Source: a virus (Duplodnaviria > Caudoviricetes). Taken from it: a stretch of 64,000 bases of DNA. Where the stretch lies: the IMG/VR virus record IMGVR_UViG_3300015607_004160; one strand, written 5' to 3'. Shown here one piece after another: positions 59,242 to 64,000 of the stretch. Position numbers and translations under genes: made by a program. The first letter of the stretch is position 1; each line of letters opens with the position of its first letter. The notes under the pieces were generated by a model that saw only the letters and a program-made list of their open reading frames with translations, did no database searches and was not told where the DNA came from.

Positions 59242-59847
59242 TTATGATATATTTATGATAGATTCAATGTGTGATCGTTTTCTATTTTCAAGTGTGGTAA
59301 ATCTTTTCTCTTGTTCTTTATCAAAGTAAAGGGTCATTTCACGAGCGTGAATATGTGGAATATAAACTTCATAATATAAATTTCGATCACCGGTGTCAAT
59401 TAGAGTGAACCCGTTTTCATTACTACTTGATTGTAAAACAACTAGAAGAGATCCTCGTTGAATAGATCTTTTAATATAAATAGATTTATAAAAACTATAG
59501 TTTAATTGAGTTGATTTATCTTTTAATAGAATATCCCAATTTATGATAGATTTTTCCTGTAAGGTACTCAATTCGGTCTTTTCACTATTGATTGTAAAGT
59601 CTATCTTTTTAAACATCTTATTTAGTCTAAGTACTTTCCTAAGTAAGTAAAATTTTAGTACTCTTATATTTCTAAACTTAAGTTTATATAAGGCTATTAG
59701 AAATAGGGAGTATCCTAAAAAATAATAACCCAATGGTATCATATACCATTGGGGATCATTAGATCTAAATAAGTGTTCTATTCCTGAGGTAAGAAAGGAT
59801 AAAACGCCTGAAATAATAGTTATTATTAAGAATAGAATAATCTGCAT
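59242..59847 (-). CDS. Membrane protein
   Basis: Two N-terminal TM helices. Confidence 0.7.
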   Translation of the reverse strand: MQIILFLIITIISGVLSFLTSGIEHLFRSNDPQWYMIPLGYYFLGYSLFLIALYKLKFRNIRVLKFYLLRKVLRLNKMFKKIDFTINSEKTELSTLQEKSIINWDILLKDKSTQLNYSFYKSIYIKRSIQRGSLLVVLQSSSNENGFTLIDTGDRNLYYEVYIPHIHAREMTLYFDKEQEKRFTTLENRKRSHIESIINIS

Positions 59848-59874
59848 GTTAATTATAGTACGAATTAAAAAAGT

Positions 59875-61632
59875 TTATTTTATTACATCATCAATCTTAA
59901 TATCACGAAGAACCTCAACAGGAAGACTAAGATCATCATTTAATTTGATAATATTAAATCCACCTGGAATATTAATCACAACATCACAACCACCTCTAAC
60001 TTGATGTTGAATATAATCCGATAAATCGAATTTGGTATTATATATAGCAGTATTAGTTTGATTATAGATAACTGCCGCGATTCCAATAGTTCCCCTAAAA
60101 TTCGGAATTAAAACTCCTCCTACAATTTCGCATTCAGTCATTTCGTCACCTTTTTCTTCTTGTAATTTTTGATACTCTTTTAATGTCATAACCGATCCGA
60201 ATCCAGTTGAACTTAGATATCTAACAATTTTTTTATCATTTTGATGAATTTCAAATGAGGTTTCATCATCTGTTATTTCAAATTTAGTACCAACGTCCTG
60301 ATAATCACCAAGAATTACTATATCTGTAGGTGTGCCGAATTCAACAAGACTTTTAAATTTTTCTTCCGTACCTTCTTCTAGTTTATTAATTAGTTTTTCT
60401 TCGTTTTGTTTTTCAGCAGACTCGTTGGTGTCGTCACTTCCATACATAGCAAAGTAGGAATTACTACCACACATTTTATCAAATTCCGGATCTTGTGAAA
60501 ATCCGTACTTAATCATTTTATCAACAATATCATGCCATTTAAGATCCCCGTTATAGACCAATTTTTCATTATCAAGAGAAGTCCCAATTTTCTGCAATGA
60601 TAATTTAATATCGTCAGGTAAACTATTGTAGTCAGTAATTTCAGCCAGTACATCTATGCTTTTAGCACCAATTCTGATTTGATATTCACCCGCCTCAAAC
60701 AACTTCATAAAAGCATCAGCATTAATACTTTTGAGTTTAGATACCTTATCATAAATTAATTTGGCAGTTGCTTCGTCTAATACAATTTTTTCATTTAATT
60801 GTTCAGATACAAAAAAGTAATATCCATTAGGTTCTGTAGGCGGCTGAAGTGAATCAATCCTTGATTCTAATACTCGAATATCAGTTTTTGCGGTTTCAAT
60901 CTTCCCTTCAGCTTGAACTTTTTCATACTGATACCTTTTCAACTCTTGGGTTTGTTGGTCAAGCCTGTTTTTTAATTCGTTTAGTTTTTCTTCTTTCATT
61001 TTAGCAAAAGATTCTTCCATAGCCTTCTGTGCATCAGATTTAATTTCTTCATCTGACTCTCCCTCAAACTCACGATTGATTTCTTCATCATTTTCGGATG
61101 AAAGTAAAGTTTCAGCGAGTGATTGTTCTCCCTCATCAAACATTGATAGAAGGTCGCTTAATTTTGAATTCTGCTCATCAGAAACCTCAATAGTATCTTC
61201 ATCATCAAAAATAGATGCTAATTTAGAAATGGGAGTTTGATATTCAACCGCGAGATAGAGGCTGATTTCTTTATCTTTAATTTTCTGAACTGATTTAAAT
61301 GGAAGTTCAGTAACAACCATATTGTTGTTAAACATACTGATTGTTTTTTCAGAAATCACATCTAAAAGACGTTCTCTTTGTTCAACAGTAGTTTTATTTG
61401 TATCAACTTCATCAAAGTTAACAGTTCCTTCATCACAAATAGTTAATTTGAGTGTGATACCATCCATATCCAATCCGGATAAGTGCTTAGCTTCAATAAG
61501 TGCTTCATCTGCGTGAAATTGAATGTTTCCACGTCCACCAACAAATTCAAGAAACTTTTCCTTTGGTTTGAATTGACCAATTACCTTTTCTTTCGGTTGA
61601 TCTTGTACTTGTTCTGTGTTTACATTATCCAT
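59875..61632 (-). CDS. Large acidic coiled-coil protein with C-terminal RDIKIDDVI tag
   Basis: 585-aa ORF; TATCTTTG at 61652-61659 upstream. Confidence 0.8.
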   Translation of the reverse strand: MDNVNTEQVQDQPKEKVIGQFKPKEKFLEFVGGRGNIQFHADEALIEAKHLSGLDMDGITLKLTICDEGTVNFDEVDTNKTTVEQRERLLDVISEKTISMFNNNMVVTELPFKSVQKIKDKEISLYLAVEYQTPISKLASIFDDEDTIEVSDEQNSKLSDLLSMFDEGEQSLAETLLSSENDEEINREFEGESDEEIKSDAQKAMEESFAKMKEEKLNELKNRLDQQTQELKRYQYEKVQAEGKIETAKTDIRVLESRIDSLQPPTEPNGYYFFVSEQLNEKIVLDEATAKLIYDKVSKLKSINADAFMKLFEAGEYQIRIGAKSIDVLAEITDYNSLPDDIKLSLQKIGTSLDNEKLVYNGDLKWHDIVDKMIKYGFSQDPEFDKMCGSNSYFAMYGSDDTNESAEKQNEEKLINKLEEGTEEKFKSLVEFGTPTDIVILGDYQDVGTKFEITDDETSFEIHQNDKKIVRYLSSTGFGSVMTLKEYQKLQEEKGDEMTECEIVGGVLIPNFRGTIGIAAVIYNQTNTAIYNTKFDLSDYIQHQVRGGCDVVINIPGGFNIIKLNDDLSLPVEVLRDIKIDDVIK

Positions 61633-61691
61633 ATTTTTAGTTTTATTTTTACAAAGATACGATTATAAATTCACATCTTAAAATTTATAAG

Positions 61692-62096
61692 TTATTGATT
61701 ATCAATTATTTCGTCAATACCAATCTCTCTTCTCTTAATAAGAGCTTCTTCATCACTTAAGGGAGGTGGTATTTTTTCGCCTTTGGAATTAATAAGATTT
61801 TGTACTTTAATAAATTTATCACCAGTTTCTTTACCAAGCTCTATCATATCCGTGTCTGCTATTTCAAAATCATCACCAGATAAGTCAGGAAGACAATCAT
61901 ATATAATTTGTAATTCCGGTCCAAATTTTTCAAAGTTCTTCATAACAACTGGATCATCATCATCATAAGAGTCAGTGGATAAAACTAAAAGAAGAAGCAA
62001 TTCTTTTCTACTTAGCTGCTTCATCTTTTCCACTTGACTAATTACATTAAAATTTTGATAAATGTCAATAAATAAGTCACTTACTTCTTTATTCAT
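61692..62096 (-). CDS. Hypothetical protein with C-terminal RREIGIDEII tag variant
   Basis: 134-aa ORF. Confidence 0.7.
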   Translation of the reverse strand: MNKEVSDLFIDIYQNFNVISQVEKMKQLSRKELLLLLVLSTDSYDDDDPVVMKNFEKFGPELQIIYDCLPDLSGDDFEIADTDMIELGKETGDKFIKVQNLINSKGEKIPPPLSDEEALIKRREIGIDEIIDNQ

Positions 62097-62427
62097 TTTC
62101 TAATAGTTTTGATATTACGTAATCACGGTATTCTTTTGGAACATCTTTGGATCCAATAGTTTTACCTGCTTCACCAGTGACGGAACCTAATTCAAATGCC
62201 TTACGGAAAAATGCCTCAAAAATGGTATCATTCTCAAGTTCTTTAGCTGCCATTGCTCGGTTGATTGCTTTAGTTTCATCAGTAATTAAATTAGCCTGAC
62301 GATAAGCCAGTTGTTCCTCAACTTTCTTATCACCACCGGCTTTTGTAATTATATCCTTAACGCGAGTATAATTTTTTAAAAATTCTTTCTCTGATTGACC
62401 TTTGATTTTTTTTGATCTTGTTGCCAT
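62089..62427 (-). CDS. Hypothetical protein with C-terminal RDYVISKLL tag variant
   Basis: 112-aa ORF; promoter variant TATCTTTA at 62480-62487. Confidence 0.75.
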   Translation of the reverse strand: MATRSKKIKGQSEKEFLKNYTRVKDIITKAGGDKKVEEQLAYRQANLITDETKAINRAMAAKELENDTIFEAFFRKAFELGSVTGEAGKTIGSKDVPKEYRDYVISKLLENE

Positions 62428-62497
62428 AATGTTTATTTAAATTAATTTTAACGCAATTTGGTCGCAATTTTTCATCTTATAAAGATACGAAGATTTT

Positions 62498-62917
62498 TTA
62501 ATAAATGAAAAAATCTTTTAGATGTGAGACATCTTCACAGATAATTGATATATCGAGGCTTCTTCTGAAATCGGGATTATATTTATATCTATTGGTATTT
62601 TTTAGGAAATTTAAAATTGTATTCATTTCGGATGTAGAATCAGTGACCTTATCATACACTGTTATTTCTTGTATATAGTCAGTGGTGTCTGAAAAAAATT
62701 GATATTCCTTTACATTAAAAACTGTACCAAGCGTTATATCTACATCTAATTCTGACCTATTGATAATACCAAATGTTAGGTTTTGTGTTATATAACCAAC
62801 TTTATCGTTTTCTATTTCACATATAATATATTTTGTTCCATAGTCAAATAGCCGATAATGAATTAATCCTTTATCAACTAATATGTATCTATTTTCAAAC
62901 AAAAATTTACTATTCAT
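62498..62917 (-). CDS. Hypothetical protein
   Basis: 139-aa ORF coupled to the upstream gene. Confidence 0.65.
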   Translation of the reverse strand: MNSKFLFENRYILVDKGLIHYRLFDYGTKYIICEIENDKVGYITQNLTFGIINRSELDVDITLGTVFNVKEYQFFSDTTDYIQEITVYDKVTDSTSEMNTILNFLKNTNRYKYNPDFRRSLDISIICEDVSHLKDFFIY

Positions 62918-63284
62918 CAAAATCTGCTAAAGGTGTATCTTGAAGTAATCTTTTTCTATCCTTATTTCTCGCCTTCTTTGTATCTGTAGAAGTATACATA
63001 GTGGAGGGAACCATATAAGTTTGATTTAGATCAACTGGCTGACGATAAGACTCTAATTTGAAATTATCATTTGCTAATTCTTTAACTATTGATAACATGT
63101 GTTGTCTAATGTCTAAACTATTTAGCACATCTAGAGCATATCCGTATTTGTGTGCCATATAGTTTATAAAAGACATAGGAATATAAAGATATCCGTTGTC
63201 TTTGACATTATACCAAAAGTCTAAATTAACAGCAAGTTCTTTTGGAACAAGTATTGATAATTCTGTTTTAATTGTTTCTAACAT
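62910..63284 (-). CDS. Hypothetical protein immediately downstream of the RNase P RNA
   Basis: Start reassigned to MLETIK; the ORF-track N-terminal 58 aa overlap the structured RNA. Confidence 0.7.
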   Translation of the reverse strand: MLETIKTELSILVPKELAVNLDFWYNVKDNGYLYIPMSFINYMAHKYGYALDVLNSLDIRQHMLSIVKELANDNFKLESYRQPVDLNQTYMVPSTMYTSTDTKKARNKDRKRLLQDTPLADFDE

Positions 63285-63299
63285 ATTTATATTTTTAAA

Positions 63300-63520
63300 A
63301 AGATGATGAGCGTGCCCGCGATTCTGTTTTATTCTATCATTTATCTCACCTTGCGGTGGCCTTTCGGCTGCCCTAACCCGACCATTATTGAGAAACCGAC
63401 ACTCTAGGTCTGTACAGGTTGCTACTTCTTTGGTATAACGACTTATTAGGTCTTCCAAATTAGGTTTTGTAGTCGCGAAGTTCCTCTAGTTTTCACCAGC
63501 GATAGATCCTCTTTCATCTT
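63300..63520 (-). ncRNA. rnpB: Minimal RNase P RNA (catalytic domain intact, specificity domain nearly deleted)
   Basis: GC-rich island: P1 AAGAUGA/UCAUCUU, P2 UCUAUC/GAUAGA, P3 CUGGU-GAAA-ACUAG, CR-I GAGGAACUUCGCGAC, CR-V ACAGAAUCGCGGGCA, P5 CUAC/GUAG, P6 AACC/GGUU, P7 UUUGG/CCAAA, P15-17 with L15 GGU, CR-IV AGAUAAAU. Confidence 0.85.
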
Positions 63521-63978
63521 GATAATATTTCGAGATTAAATTCTCGTCGATTACGTTCTTTGTAATTATCAATAAATTTTCTTAATAAAGGATGAATATG
63601 CTTATATTCAATCGGTGTGACATCATCAATTTTTCCTATATATTCTTCAAAGACATAGAAAAGATTCTCAGGAGTGACCTTCATTGTATTAATCATACAT
63701 AGATAGTTTAACACCCTTTCCTTTTTTGGATCTATTGTTTCATTACTTCTATTCCATTTTGCCATCCAGGCTAGCTTTAATGACATTGCTTCAAAGTCTC
63801 TCAAAACAACTCCTTGCCACCAATCGGAAAATTCATCATTCCGAACAATTGGGTCAAATCCAATCATAGATTGATATTTTTCCCAAATATAACTTATATG
63901 AGAATTAACAAGGTATGAATCTTTGACAACCTTGTGAAATAATAAAGAAAATGCTATTATGTTATTTGTCTTACTCAT
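63514..63978 (-). CDS. Hypothetical protein with C-terminal RREFNLEIL tag variant
   Basis: 154-aa ORF; its stop codon overlaps the 5' end of the RNase P RNA. Confidence 0.75.
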   Translation of the reverse strand: MSKTNNIIAFSLLFHKVVKDSYLVNSHISYIWEKYQSMIGFDPIVRNDEFSDWWQGVVLRDFEAMSLKLAWMAKWNRSNETIDPKKERVLNYLCMINTMKVTPENLFYVFEEYIGKIDDVTPIEYKHIHPLLRKFIDNYKERNRREFNLEILSR

Positions 63979-63985
63979 TTAAATA

Positions 63986-63993
63986 CAAAGATA
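63986..63993 (-). promoter_or_regulatory. Bacteroidota-type early promoter -7 element
   Basis: TTTTTCGTATCTTTGT on the minus strand; the -33 element lies outside the window. Confidence 0.7.
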
Positions 63994-64000
63994 CGAAAAA

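Noticed and set aside
63285-63458. N-terminal 58 aa of ORF 62910..63458 (TTG start), and a possible frameshifted start at 63517
   Set aside because: The region is explained by the RNase P RNA fold; an ATG with an A-rich leader at 63284 is the better start.
1-64000. Stop-codon reassignment, as in some huge phages
   Set aside because: Conserved genes are full length under code 11, and TAA, TAG and TGA all end genes at expected positions.
1-64000. tRNA genes and self-splicing introns
   Set aside because: No cloverleaf with a T-loop GTTC signature and no interrupted conserved gene seen by eye; tRNAscan-SE/Infernal would be needed to exclude them fully.

Overview
Very AT-rich, gene-dense segment of a large (jumbo/huge) T4-like myophage genome read with the standard genetic code. 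The host is most likely a Bacteroidota bacterium: TTTG-N18-20-TAnnTTTG promoters, A-rich leaders without Shine-Dalgarno sequences, and a Bacteroidota-type Hc1 and bifunctional nuclease. The window holds a gp6-like baseplate wedge gene, a TOPRIM primase, two Dam-like methyltransferases, five free-standing homing-type endonucleases, nucleotide kinases, and a large translation/tRNA toolkit (LeuRS, EF-G, bL12 C-terminal domain, CCA-adding enzyme, 2H phosphoesterase, (p)ppGpp-hydrolase HD domain). The top finding is a ~221-nt RNase P RNA on the minus strand (63300-63520), hidden under a mis-extended ORF. Its catalytic domain is complete and supported by compensatory pairing (P1-P7, P15-P18, P4 bulged U, L15 GGU), but its specificity domain is almost entirely deleted. 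Other highlights: (1) two mutually exclusive peptide 'address tags', an N-terminal K/R-x-F/Y-x-E(S/F) tag resembling the T4 capsid-targeting sequence on about 22 mostly late proteins, and a C-terminal R-D-x-K-I-x-x-I-L tag on about 11 mostly early/middle proteins; (2) three promoter classes; (3) a leader-peptide attenuator upstream of EF-G; (4) a stand-alone major-capsid C-terminal mini-protein; (5) a CoaE pseudokinase. All family assignments come from motif recognition by eye; no database searches were run.
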